Shown here one piece after another: positions 13,859 through 26,757 of a stretch of DNA of 64,000 bases. Position 1 is the stretch's first letter. Every line of letters starts with the position of its first letter. The DNA lies in assembly GCA_028534125.1 (NCBI GenBank), contig CM052816.1:50408001-50472000 (forward strand), given 5' to 3'. The stretch comes from Lama glama (Eukaryota). A program made the translations under genes and the position numbers. The notes below the pieces were generated by a model, which did no database searches, was not told where the DNA came from, and was given only the letters and a program-made list of their open reading frames with translations.

Positions 13859-14590
13859 AATAGGAGCAAAAGGAGCCAGTGGAATTGCACCATTAAAATG
13901 CTGAAAGAAAACAACTATACTAGCAAAAAATCCTTTCAAATTTAAGGCTTTCCACTAAAACCAAATCCAGGAGAATTTGTCAAAAGCTCAAGTGCACTAA
14001 AAGAAATATTAAAGACAGTTCTCTAGGGTAAAGAAAAATAATCCTGAATGAAAACATTAAGTGCAAAAAAAAAAAAAGAATAAAGTAAAAGGTAAATATG
14101 TGGATAAACATAAATAAATATTAATTTTTCAAAGCTAAAATAATAATGCTTTATGAGGTCTAGAATAAATGGCAAATTCAAATACACTTACAACAATGCA
14201 AAATGATGGTGGGGCTAAGTAGAATTAAAGTATCCTAAAGTCCTAGCATTATCTAGGAAGTATGAAAGTTAAAATTAACACTAGAATGTAATAGGTCACA
14301 GATAGATGCTGCTACCTCTAGGGTAACCACTAAAACAAAGATACAAGAATGCATAATTAACAAGTTAATAAGGGGAGAAAGTTGAAATAATAATAAAACA
14401 ATAGCATCTTAGTAGATCTAAATCCTAATATATAAATAACTAAATGAACTATAAATAAACACTCCAATTAAAAGACAAAAATTATCAGGAGCATTACTAG
14501 ACATAGAGATATTTCATAATGATAAGAAAAAGTCAATTCACCAGAAAGATATAACAATTCTAAATTTATATCTACCAAATAATATATAAA
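13859..14590 (+). mobile_element. Ancient L1 (L1M-type), continuation: ORF1 end, spacer and ORF2 start
   Basis: Resumes directly after the TSD (cagtggaattgcaccattaaaatgctgaaagaaaac), then ctagggtaaccactaaa and gtcaattcaccagaaagatataacaattctaaat, which resembles the ORF2 endonuclease start. Confidence 0.75.
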
Positions 14591-15029
14591 TAGTATATAG
14601 TATAAGTCTATATTTAAAATTACAATTGAGTGTCTATGTGGATATTTGGTAGTAGTATTTAATATTTATTTAGTACCTCTTTACCTGAGCCTTTTACTCA
14701 AGGATTGACTATAAATCACCATTCTCCTGCCTTATCTGCTTTACTACCAAATCATTAGAGAATTTCCAACAGAGAAATGAACATTCGTATTCATCTTAAT
14801 GGTGCATTAAAGTCACCAAGCTCTATCTTTTCTAGTAGGATGTATACCTACTCCATTAAGTAAGAAGAAAAGGAGGCCAAATATTCCATGCTTCCTTTTA
14901 TAGGAGCTTTATTTTATAAAAATGAAAGCATCAAATAAACTTGAATTTAAAATATAAAATCATACTCACAGAATTCTAAGATTTTAACAAATTAGAGTGT
15001 TCTACTTACTGAACACAAAGAACTTTAGC

Positions 15030-15270
15030 ACAGGAAGGGTTCTCAGAAATGAGCTCTGTGGTCAGATGCCTGGGCTCAGCTCCATGACTTATTAGCCGTG
15101 TTACCTTGGGTAAGTTCTCTAATCTTTCTGTGCCTCAGTTCTGTAGGTTGTAAAATGGTGATAATCATAGTATATACTTTGTAGGATTATTGTTAGATAT
15201 AAATGAAACAATACCCCTAAGAAACCTAGAATAGACTCTGGCACCCATATATAAATGCTTAAATAATTAT
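15030..15270 (+). mobile_element. MIR SINE
   Basis: gtcagatgcctgggctc..accttgggtaagttctctaatctttctgtgcctcagtt..tgtaaaatggtgataat. Confidence 0.8.
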
Positions 15271-15274
15271 GAGT

Positions 15275-15430
15275 CTGGTGTAGTTGTCATGGTGGTGATG
15301 ATGCTACTAGTAATAATGGTAGTGGAACCATAACAGAACAGTAATAGTAATAATGGTAGACATAGAAGTCTTGGGAGTGGTGGTGGTAGTGGTGGTAGTA
15401 GCAGTAGTAACAATATCATAGTAGTAGAAT
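15275..15430. repeat. Degenerate (GTA/GTG)n low-complexity tract
   Basis: ggtggtgatgatg..agtggtggtggtagtggtggtagtagcagtagtaa, directly after the MIR tail. Confidence 0.8.
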
Positions 15431-15479
15431 TAGAAAAAGTATTGTGATAGTCTTCATTGTCAGTATAGTGATCAACTTC

Positions 15480-15703
15480 TAGGTGTCACACACTCAAATA
15501 CTTCCAGAAATCATGCAAATGCTATCAATGAATGAAGTAAGCTAGATCTAAGATAAAAGGAAGTGTAGAGGACTATAGAAAGCTAGGAAGCCTATGCTCC
15601 ATTTAAATGCATTCAAATTTATTATTTGAAACAGTGATATCACCAAGGAAAAGCAAAGTGTGTGACCTAGATCATGCCAAGGATCAACAGTTTACAACCT
15701 CTG
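15480..15703 (+). mobile_element. MER102-like hAT fossil
   Basis: actcaaatacttccag..aatgaatgaag..cagtttacaacctctg terminal pattern. Confidence 0.45.
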
Positions 15704-16609
15704 ATTTAGTCTGTTACACATTTAAGTTAAGAATCAGTATGGTTGTTTGTATAGCTAGCCATTGTGCTTGAAATAACCCTGTTTTCTTTTTATTCTGTTA
15801 TCCCCCCAATAATAGACCTTCCTCTCTCCCCACAAAATCCTGAGTTTGTCAATGGGTATCTGTTTGCAGCTGCTTTATTTTTGCATTCCCGAGTTTTACA
15901 AGGCTTCAATTTGGCACTTAAGGTCTCATTTACAGTCTTTCTTTTGCTCACCCTACTTGTAACTGTTCTGATTCACTGTATCATGCTTCAGACTCTGCTT
16001 AGCAAGCCTGCTGATATCCATCCTTCACACATCCCCAGGCCTTCTGAACTAAACTACAGCAAGTTATCATGTCAATGCTGGTGGGCTGGCAGCATTCCAG
16101 AATTTTATCACTTGTAACCTATTGTATCCTTTTGATCTTACATATGGCTTATAGGTGATATTGATGAAATGGCCAAAGGAACCAGATGAGCTGTTTGTGG
16201 TAGAGATCCCTGTCACAATCACAGAGAGATGAGAATCCTACATATTACATATGGACATTCTGCTGATTTAGAGATTGTTGATGCATTACACCCTTTTGTC
16301 TCAACAGGGTCATAGTCTGCAATTTTACAGGGCCAGTGAAAAAGTTTAGCTTCATTTTCCCAGGGCAAATTGATAAATGATTCAGACTTTCTTAAGTCTG
16401 TCTTACTACAATGAACCCAAAAAACAGTGCAATGCCTTTTGTGTTTCTTAGGCATAAATATTCAATTACACCCCCTAAAGATCTCATGACTTTACATTAA
16501 GAGCTTCATGAAGACTTGGTAGTAAAGTTTGGTTTTTCACAATAATCTAAATCTATTATAAACCACAGAAACAGCTTGACATGGAACGTCTCTGAAGGCT
16601 AAGATCATA

Positions 16610-16938
16610 TAGATCTTAAGTATATCAAATAGAGATATAACGTGAGTCACACACAGACTTTTACATTTCCTATCAGCCACATTTTAAAGGTAAAAAAGAA
16701 ACAGATGAAGTTAATATTAATAATGTATTTAATTTGGTTAAATATATCCAAAATGTTATTTTAATAAACAATTAATATAAAAGCTTATTAGACATACTAC
16801 ATTCTTTTCTCATATTAAATGTTTGAAGTCCAATGTGTGGTTTATCCTTACAGCACATTTCAATTTGGACTACCCACATTTCCAGTGTTCAAAAGCCTCC
16901 TGTAACTGGTGGCTACCTTACTGAACAGTGCAGCTCTA
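16610..16938 (+). mobile_element. MER33/MER3-like hAT-Charlie fossil
   Basis: cagccacattttaaaggtaaaaaagaaacagatgaagttaat..cagcacatttcaatttggactacccacatttccagtgttcaa..tggctacc. Confidence 0.75.
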
Positions 16939-17101
16939 GACAAAACCTCCAGCTCAAAGTATTAACAGATGGTGATTCAGTTTCTGTTTGAACACTGCTA
17001 TTTTCTCTTCTTTTCATCTCATTTTCTCATTTGCTCTAAGCTTAAGTTTCTTTTGAACATATCTTATTCCATTTTTCCTGGTTTAAACACTGTTCTCCTA
17101 G

Positions 17102-17668
17102 GTCAATGGTTCTGAATTTTTTTTGGAACATAGCCCCCATTGAAAAGCTAACAAAAATGTGGGTCCTTGCTCCAAAAAATGTACATTTTTATTGTAATGG
17201 GTTGAATTGTATCCCTTCCTCAAAAGGCATTTTGGAATCTTAATCCCCAGTACTTAAGAATGTGACCTTATTTGAAGAGACAATATTTAGAGGTAATAAA
17301 GTAATGACTCATCTCTGTGGGCCCTAATCCAAAATGACCATTTTCCTTATTAAAAGATGAAATTTGGGTAGAGATCCACATTGAGGGAAGATGATGTGAA
17401 CAGACACAGGGAGAAGATGGTCATCAACAAGCCAAGGAGAGAGGCCTGGGACAGATTCTTTCCTCATGGAGCTCAGAAGGAATCAGCCCTGTTGACATCT
17501 TGATTCCAGACTTCCAACCTCCAGAACTACCTAGTTTGTGATACTTTGTTACAGCAGCCTTAGCAAACTAATACATGCATAAATACATATAATTCTACAT
17601 ACAATTCCAAAGGGCTCAAGGATACTCCCACTAAATGTTCTTTAAGAACCAGAGGTTAAGAATTCACT
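17102..17668 (+). mobile_element. MER117-like hAT element split by the MLT1 LTR
   Basis: The two flanks (ccccattgaaaagcta..ctccaaaaaatgtacat and acatacaattccaaagggctc..gaggttaagaa) join into a MER117-like unit. Confidence 0.6.
17193..17575 (+). mobile_element. MLT1B-like solo LTR (ERVL-MaLR)
   Basis: TG...CA termini (tgtaatgggttgaattgtatccc...ttacagcagccttagcaaactaataca) and internal caagccaaggagagaggcct. Confidence 0.85.
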
Positions 17669-18479
17669 TTGAATTGAGCAGACCAAATTTAAATAGCATT
17701 TATGTAGCATTTCTGTCACCAATGATCATTAATTATATCAACCAACATTTGTCCTAAGTGCCTTCTCAGACTAGTCTCCTCACCAGAACAATGGTAAAAT
17801 GTTATTTTTAAACCAATCTCAGAATTCCTACAAGTCACTGAATGTTCTGAGGTTTCATATTATGCTCATGGGTTATTTTGAAATTTTGTCCTTTGAGATT
17901 ATATCTTTTGAGAGTATATCCTTAGTTATATGATCCTCTGCCATATTTAGTACATGTCCTCTTAAAGCTGGGATATACAGAAACTGTCCTGGGAAAATAT
18001 TTATTTTCTTTAGATACTTCCCCTTTCCTCACCTAATTAATATACAAGTCAAGATCATCTAAAGCAGGATTTCTCACTTGAGTTCCATAGAATAACAAGA
18101 TCCATTTAAAAAGTTCCTAAGGTCTTATAATTTTGAGATCTGTTTCATAGTGCATTTTACCCTTCATCATTATGCTCATTAACATCCTAAAGACTCTGAG
18201 AAATGATGCAAGAAAGAAAAAAAATTGTTCAAGTTAAATAAGTAACCACATATTTTTTTCTCATATATATATTATCCACTGAAACATCATGTAGATGACT
18301 ACTTATGTCAAGCCATCATACTCTGTAAAATCCTAGCCATAGATGCTTGGAGAAAGACAGTATAAATGTATCCACAGAGCAGGCTAACCTCAGGTTATTA
18401 AGATAAACTGGCCCAACCCACTTCATCACTGCTGCCAAGATCATTGCTTCTACCAACAACACTGCTGGATGATAATTAA

Positions 18480-18800
18480 GTGAGACCTCTTCGGTCATGG
18501 CTTAATAGTTGCCAGTCCTCATGGCCTCAGAGGTCCTGACAGAACTTTCATACCTTCCAAGCTCAGGGAATGAAGGATGGAGGAACAGCAAAGAGAGCAG
18601 CCTTGGCAAGAACTCCACAGACTCCCTACTACTACCTGAATTTCAGCAGTTTTTAAGCATAAACATTTCTCATATTGTTGGTTGCCTTTTGCTAATTTCC
18701 AGAGCACTAAAATGTATGTTTATTTTTTTGACAATTTTAGATTTATACTTACTTTTGGAGGAGAGAATTTGTCAATCTTCTTATTTGTCTATAACCAGAG
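18480..18800 (-). mobile_element. Old L1M 5'-end fragment
   Basis: cctttgctaatttccagagc..ttttgacaatttt..ttttggaggagagaatttgtc resembles antisense L1M 5' ends. Confidence 0.5.
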
Positions 18801-18994
18801 ACATGTATTCTTAACAAAATGTCTTTTTATCTCTCCAAGAACATATAAAGATGTAGAAATAGTTGCCTAGGAGGTCATATCAAAGTTATACTTTAATAGT
18901 GGGGTATAGAGAAATTTTCATAGATTTGCTAATGACTTTTGATACATTTGAGAGTTCTCAGATGTATAAATACTAAGTCAAAATCTGAAGCATT

Positions 18995-19415
18995 TAATAT
19001 TACAGGAAGTGAGGCAAGTCAGACAGAGAAGACAAATAACGTATTATATGTGGAATCTAAAAATGCCAAACTCATAAAAACAGTCGAAAAATGGTTATCA
19101 GAGGCTGGGAGTAGGGAAACTAGGGAAATGTTGTTTAAAGGTACAAACTTGCAACTGGTAGGTCAGTAAGTCCTAGAAATCTAATGTACAGTATAGTGCA
19201 TATAGTCAATAATACTGTATTATAAACTTCAAAGTTGCTAAGAGACTAGATTTTAATTGTTCTCACCACAAAAAAGAAATGTCAAATATGTGATGTGATA
19301 AGAAGTGTTAGCTGACACTTCAATGATAATCACATTGCAATACATAATATACCAAATCAACACATTGTACACTTTACACAACATTATAACATAGATTGTA
19401 TCTAAATTTTTAAAA
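18995..19415 (+). mobile_element. L1 3' end (L1MA-like)
   Basis: agtcagacagagaagacaaata..tatgtggaatctaaaaa..aaagttgctaagagactagattttaattgttctcaccacaaaaaagaaatg. Confidence 0.85.
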
Positions 19416-22400
19416 ATATACAGAGGGATGACCTCAATAGAAATACTATATTCTGGAATTTTCTCCAGAAACTTTACAGCATAAAGTGTTGTTTGTTTAA
19501 TATGATGATACTAACTCAATGGAAAATTTATGTATAAGTAGGATCTCTCTTCTCTTTAGGAGAAAAAAAGTTCTCATTATTTTATTGCATCAATGGCAAT
19601 TTCCTTACTGTTAGCAAATTCCCAAAGGGTTTTATAGTGTCTCAAAAAGAAACGTGCAAATATAGGGAACCGATTGTTATAGAAGTCAAACACTTTCTCA
19701 TTCTTTTCTCCTGTGTTACCAACAGTAATGTACTTGATCTTTCTAGGCCTCTGTTTCCTCATCTGAAAAATGATGGGCTTGCATTAGAAGATCTAGAACT
19801 ACATTAGTTAGATCTCGATTTCTCAAAAATATGATGTCATTCCTCAGCAACGCAGCTTGTGTAAGAGCCCATGATTGCTAGGAAATACACTCAAACTGCT
19901 TCTCCAGTTTTGTGATAGGTTCTACTAAATCAAGCTTTTTATTTAGAATTTATAAATAAATGTGTCTATGATAAACAAGCTGGATAAGATTAAGGGCATA
20001 ATCTATGATTCCAAAGCTGAATTTCTGAGTAATCGCTTTGGCAGTACATGTTATCCCCTCTGTGAGTAGACATTCACTGTTCAAAGCAACAAGCTCTTTG
20101 AGACTTGGAAATTTTGCATTCTGTTCTATTTTTAAAAGCTACTATGTCAGTATTCATCAACTGCTTGACATAGCCATTCATTTATTTTCAAAAAGGCTAT
20201 TCTATAGTCACACTTCCTTTCAGGAAGCCCACCAACTAAACAGAAGCCTGAATTACTGATAGCAGTTATACAGGGACCTTCCTGTTGGTTAAGAAGCAGG
20301 ACTAATTAAACTAATGTGCTAAATCTCGGGCTAATAATTATGTAGAAAAGTGGTAAAAAAGCTTATTTTACTTGTTTTTACTGGTTGTGCACCTTTAATA
20401 TGAAGCCAAAAAGGGTAAAACATTCTAGAATAAGTGTATTTCTTATTTGTACTTTTGGTAAGGCTGATTTAAGTGTTCTCTAATAAGAAATTTGTCAATT
20501 TCTAATAGAAATCATTATAATGTAAAAATGTTGATTATTTAAGATAATTTTAAAATAATATTAAAATTAATTGACTAGACATTAAAATAATTCCTCTTGT
20601 AGTGGCTAATTAGGAGCCAATTAACCCTATGTTTTCAATATGCTTCACATAAAGATCTTATTTCTATAAAATAAATCCAACTTTTCTACTTAATATTCAT
20701 ATACATTGTCAATTATATTAAGACTAAAAAATGTTTTATAATAATGGCTAAAATTCTTAGAATATGCATATACATTTAAAATTATTTTCACATATAATTT
20801 CTACTTTTACTACAGTATCAAAATGGTTTTGAAACAATATAGAAAACTACATAACCTTAAGTTATTTTTTTAGGTTAAATCATATTGTTGGGGCAAATGA
20901 AAGGCCACTTGGATGCACTGCTGGCTATTTTGTCACTAAGATGCTACATCAATAAGTTTACATCTTTGTGTATTGTGGTAAGGCCCTACTATTCAGTAGA
21001 CCTACTTCAACTTGAAGTTTCTCCACAGCCAAGGATAGTTTAGATGTTATCCTAAACTTCAACTAAAGAAACAGATGGTTTCCTGTAGAGAAGGTTGTTT
21101 AATAACATCCATAGTAACTCAATAGGCTTCCACTGAATTAAAAAACAAAAAACTTTGAAGGTAGGAGCAGTCCAGACTAACCAAGAGATCCTTAAAGCCA
21201 CAAGGAGCTAATACCGATTAGATGAGAGTGAAAGCAACCCATCCTCTTTTGTAATCCAGGAATTGAGCTATCAACAGCAACTACCTCATCTATCATAATC
21301 CTAATCTGAAACAAAGTGAAACATCTATGAACCTTGGGGTTTTCCTGTATAGTTACAGTTTAGGAAAGAGAGTCTATAAAATCATTGTTTCCTACCTAGA
21401 CATTCCAGAAGTTCAGACAGAGAAAAAGCAAATCTTAATACAGAAAAATATAAAATTTAGTTGTTCATGTTCAAGTTTCAGCACACTTCAGACACGTCCT
21501 TCTAGCTAATAAACTGTTAATGAACACTTTAAAGGTTTTTCTTAAATCTTTAAATATGGTGGAGTACATGTGAGTATGATGTATGTATGAGAATGATGTC
21601 ATTTATTAGATTGGACCACTTGTCATTAGTTATTGCCTCAATGATCCTAATGATGTGGTAAATTTTAAAACTTTGGAGGAAAAAAGTAATAAAATAGATT
21701 TCTTTTTCATAAAAAATGTTACCTATCAGTTTTTCACAAACTATAATATTCCTACCCTACTTCTGGGTATATGCATAAAAACAAACAGATCTTTTCCCTG
21801 AAAGAATATTGTGGATCACTAAACAATTCTGGTTTCACTAAACCTCTTTATCAAGTAGCAATGAGGTAATGTGAAAAACTCATGAGGAATTTTGGTGACT
21901 TTAATAATTAATGATGAAAATTATTTACATAATGAAAATTACTATCAAGTTACACATTTAGTCACTTAAAGAAATTGTTTTCTGAAAGATAGAGTAAATG
22001 TATTAAATCACATCGATCTGTTTTCCTCTTGTTTTTATTGTAGGGAAAGCACACATGAACCTGAAATATCTAAAATATCTGAAACAAATTCACACATGTA
22101 TTTGTACCATAAGAATAAGTCATTTACTATCAAGATGGCAAAATAAATTAAGGAAGAAATTTTCACTGCTCTGCCATAAAACCACAGCAATAATAAATAA
22201 AACACTAGTTCTTAATTCAATATCAAGTATTGTAGATCTGAGATTTACTTTTTTTTCTTTTTAGTAAACGTTAGTTCCATGAATACTTACTGAAGCAGAA
22301 GGAAAAGAATAGTAACATTTTCTAATAAAAATGCTCTTAATTCTTGACATCAGAAACTTGTCAAAGGCAAGTTAAATGCAAGAAAAATTAGAATCAGAGA

Positions 22401-22984
22401 CCTATGGGTCAAGTATGTTGAGAACTAATTATGAGTTATAGAAAAAAAAATGCCATGTAAAATATAGAAAAAATATGCAATGACCTAAACATTTTTGAAG
22501 AGAAGAAACATTTAGTTAAATTTTAAATAGTATAATTATAGTTTAAAGCATTGCTTAAAAGAGACTGAACACACAAAGGACCCCATTCTCCTATACCCAT
22601 ATTTAACCATATATTTTCTTTTCAAAAATAATTTTCATCTACATCAAAGGTTGGTGAGATTCTCTAAGAAACAAAATCAAAGCCCATTGTATTTAATAAA
22701 GATTCTCAATGTTCAAATTGGAAAGAGTAAAGATTCCCTTCCTTTGTGAGTTTTCAATTATATTTGATTATTAAGAAAAGATTTCACTTTAAATGGGCCA
22801 CTAATGTAAACCAAGCATAGCCTCCAAATGAAGTTTTATATACAAAATGAGTTTGTGTGTGATTGTGTGATCCAATTCAAATCTAATTAGAATCAGATTA
22901 ATCAATCAACTAATTTAATCAACACCAGTAAGTCTCCATGACTGTAATTAAATACTTTCCTGTGTCTCTGTCCATTTATTTTAT

Positions 22985-24637
22985 CTACTTTCCTATCATT
23001 AGGGGAAGTGCCCATTATCCTAAGTAAACAAATCCTGCCATTTGTGCATTTAATCCCATCTTTCTTATCTACTTAGAGACAGTATTCCAGCAATTCTTAC
23101 CTCTGCCTACTGCCTAGACATAGTCTATCCCTCTTTCCTTATTTACTCCCATCAGTATGCAAACATGGCATTATTTCTCTCACCTAAGGAAAAAAACAAG
23201 AACAAAAATCCTCTTGATCACACTTCTCCCTCCAGCTACTGCCCTAGGTCCTTCCTTTTCTTTATAGTGCAACTTATTAAAAGCATTGCTTATACTTGCT
23301 GACTCTTCTCCAGTTCTCTCCACTCATTCCTTTTGAATTTCCTATGCTCTTCTGTTGCCCACCATTCCACTGAAAATGTTTTATTAGGATCTCCAATAAC
23401 ATATGTGTTGCTAAAACTGGCACTCGGTGCCCAGTCCTCATCTTCCTTGCCCAATCTGTACCATCAACTCTGCTGACCACTGTCTTCTACTTGAAATACT
23501 TTCTTGACTTGGCTTCCAGGATACCACACTTACAACATTTCCTGCTCCTTCTGTCTTCTTTGGTCTCCTCGTCTTCCTTCAAATGTATTAGGGCTGAGTC
23601 CTTGGACCACTGCTCTTTTCTGTCTTCTCTAACTCCCTTGAGAACTAAGCCAGCTCTAAACACCATCATTACTTATATGTCAGCAAGGAGCCCGCCCTAA
23701 AACTCCAAATTTGTAAATCCAACCCCCTATTCAACATCTCAGAATTAATGTTTCTAAAACTGAATTCAAAACCATCCTCTTGCAATTCTCCTTCAACTCT
23801 GTAGGTCAATTGCTTGCCTTCAGTAGTTCATTCCAAAAAACATAACCATCATCGGTATGTCTTTCTCTCATGACCCATACCTATTTCATCAGCAAATCCT
23901 GCTGCCTCTAAACATTTCTACAATCTGCCTTTTGTTTACCATCTTCACTGAAATCTCTCTGGTCTAAGCCCCTCTCATCCTCCACTCATTGTTGAACTAG
24001 CTTTCCATTTGTTATATATCCTTCTCTGCTTATTATCCTATACCCTATTCTAAACACAACAGCCAGATTTATCTTGTAAAAACTTAACTCAGATCATATC
24101 ACTTAACTGTTTAAAATTCTGCAACATTTTAACTCAAAGCAGAAGTTGAAATCCTTGCAATGGCCTGTAAGACCTTAAACATGATCTGGCCTCTTGGACC
24201 TCATCTCCCAATTCCACCTGTCTTCATCTTTCCACTTTATGCATACTGCTGTCTGTGCTAATGCTTGATCACATAGGCAAAGTCTCACATCAAGGGCTTT
24301 GTATTTAACTGCTTTTCCTGCCTGGCATGCTCTTCATACAAACAGACTTGTCATCTTCTCCCTGAAGCCTTTTCTGATGCCCTAGCTAAAACCACAACCC
24401 TCATCCCTATTCCTACTCTGACATTTTTTTTTTAAAGCATCTTTCCCTGGTTTATTTTTCTCTTCAGCATTTATCCCTACCTAACATACTTTAATTTGTT
24501 CATCTTGTTACTGTGTTTCCCTGGCTAGAATTTAAACTCTAGAAAAAAAGAAATTTTTGTGCTTTGCTCTCTACTGCATAGAAAAGTTCCTGGCACATAA
24601 TCGACACTGAAAAATACATTTGCTAAATAAATGAATC
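22985..24637 (+). mobile_element. LINE-2 (L2a-like) 3' 1.6 kb
   Basis: Pyrimidine-rich L2 body (ttgacttggcttccaggataccacact; cagatcatatcactt; cctgcctggcatgctctt) ending cctggcacataat..atttgctaaataaatgaat. Confidence 0.85.
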
Positions 24638-25061
24638 AAATATTTGTTTTGAGAATATTGGGCTTATGTCAGAATCCTGTAAGTATGAGTTCAGGGGCTC
24701 CCACCTCCAGGAAATCTATACAATTCTAGAAAAATACTCTGTGGATTTAAAAACGTGCTGGGTAGTTGATCTGAGGGACTGAGCAAGGCTCAGGTACTTT
24801 AAACTGCCATTTGTCATCTTCCTCCTTAACCCATCTCACCCTATTACAATTACTTTTCTAAATAGTGAGAGAATGACTCAACCTCAGGAAAACCTAAGCA
24901 TTTTATTCTAAAGCACCCTGCTCCATTCCTGACCAACAGCTCTAGCTAGATAAGATCTAAATGTTAAAGGCATCCAGCTTTGAGCCGGAAGATACCTAGC
25001 GTGAAGGCGTATCTTGCTTATTGCTTATGTATCTGTGTTTAATAAGGAATAATATACCTTG

Positions 25062-25082
25062 GTGTGTGTGTGTGTGTGTGTG
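25062..25082. repeat. (TG)n microsatellite about 250 bp downstream of XRCC4 exon 6
   Basis: Perfect dinucleotide tract. Confidence 0.95.
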
Positions 25083-25332
25083 CATGCTTGCTTGTTTTGT
25101 CATTGCTAATGCATTTTATAAAAAAATATTAATTTATATTTTAATATTGCTGCATTTTATAATAAATATTAATTTTTAACATTAACTATTTTGCGGTCTT
25201 AGACTCAAAACCCTAAATAATTTTTGTAGAAAAACTGTTTTCATAGCATTTTTCATTATGGTCTATTATCATAATAAGTAATAGATAATAAGCCCCAGTG
25301 AGATACTCGACAAACGGAACAGATGTCTTTAC

Positions 25333-25439
25333 CTGGAGCTAACACGGAGGGATTCGGTGGGGTTCCACTTTCTTCATCAGTGCTCTCATCATAGACTGCA
25401 TCTCTGTCAGCAGTCACTTCGGAACGTGTTGCAGTTTCC
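25333..25439 (-). CDS. XRCC4: XRCC4 internal coding exon (human exon 6 equivalent; CK2/FHA-binding YDESTDEES motif)
   Basis: ctgtttctag|GGAAACTGCA...GCTCCAG|gtaaag. 107 nt, phase 2 to 1. Translates (R)ETATRSEVTADRDAVYDESTDEESGTPPNPSVLAP, in frame with the previous exon (AG+G=Arg). Confidence 0.97.
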
Positions 25440-25869
25440 CTAGAAACAGAGAGAGGTATAATTATACATTATGGGTTCATTCCTAGCTAGGCATTCACTT
25501 CACCAGTAAGTCATTATAGAAAATATCCCTGGAAAAACATTATAATTAAACAAATATACATTGAAATATATATGATTAAGATAAAAACACTTCAAAGACT
25601 ATATGTTAACTCTCTTAAGGACAAGTTTCTCTTTTACCTAATCTAAATGTGGCTTAGTGCTCACTATAGTTAATTCTCGAATGTTTCTTATCACTTATTA
25701 TTCATCTATCAAATCAAAATACTATCCTTCCAAATTACCTTCTGTGGGTCACAAAGTGTTCAATATTTTCCTGATTTCAAAGCAGTTCTGCCTCTCATTT
25801 GGTCTCCCCAAAATTCTGAGATGCACACTTTTATTCTTATTACAAAAATATCTAAGTAAGGTCTGGTTT

Positions 25870-25970
25870 TAAACCACAGAGAGTTTAAAGGACTTGCCCA
25901 AAGTCACGTACTACTAGATATGAGCACCAGACCAACACCTGAACTAGAATCATCTGACATCAAAGTTATA
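25870..25970 (-). mobile_element. MIR fragment in the intron between exons 5 and 6
   Basis: cacagagagtttaaaggacttgcccaaagtcac..atctgacatcaaag. Confidence 0.6.
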
Positions 25971-26433
25971 TTCTTTGTATGATGTCATTAGTAAACCTGT
26001 TCCTTCTCTCAGATTCAGGGTAATAGACCCAAACCTATATCAGCTAATGCCTCAAATACTTATACCTGTCCAAGCCATATGAGTCATAAGTCACCCATGA
26101 TTCTTCCTTGAAAATTAAGTACATATCCACACTCAGAGTCACTTGATTCTAAAATTAATCACTGCTTAGACATCAAGATTAAAAATGTGTGTCCAGCTCT
26201 GTGGTTCTGTAGAAAATGAAAGTTCTTAATTAGTATATTTCTTAGTGATGTCTAAGAATTAAACATTATTTAAATCACAAAACTGGCATGAGATTTATCT
26301 ATGTGTAGGTGTGACAGTTGGGCAGACATGGAAAGGCCATATAGAGAATTCTCCAGTCTGCTTGGATCTAACAACCAGAGCGTCCAACCCTAGACTATCA
26401 ACTGACCTCATAATACTAAAACATTGGCATTTA

Positions 26434-26757
<324 letters not shown>

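Noticed and set aside
25102..25180. Degenerate ~40-bp AT-rich direct repeat near exon 6
   Set aside because: Two low-complexity copies only, with no spacer structure and no evidence of function.
1..25332. Next XRCC4 exon (with the RKRRQR nuclear localisation signal)
   Set aside because: I could not find it by eye. XRCC4 introns are very long, so it probably lies outside the window. Likewise, no upstream exon was found in 33330-64000.
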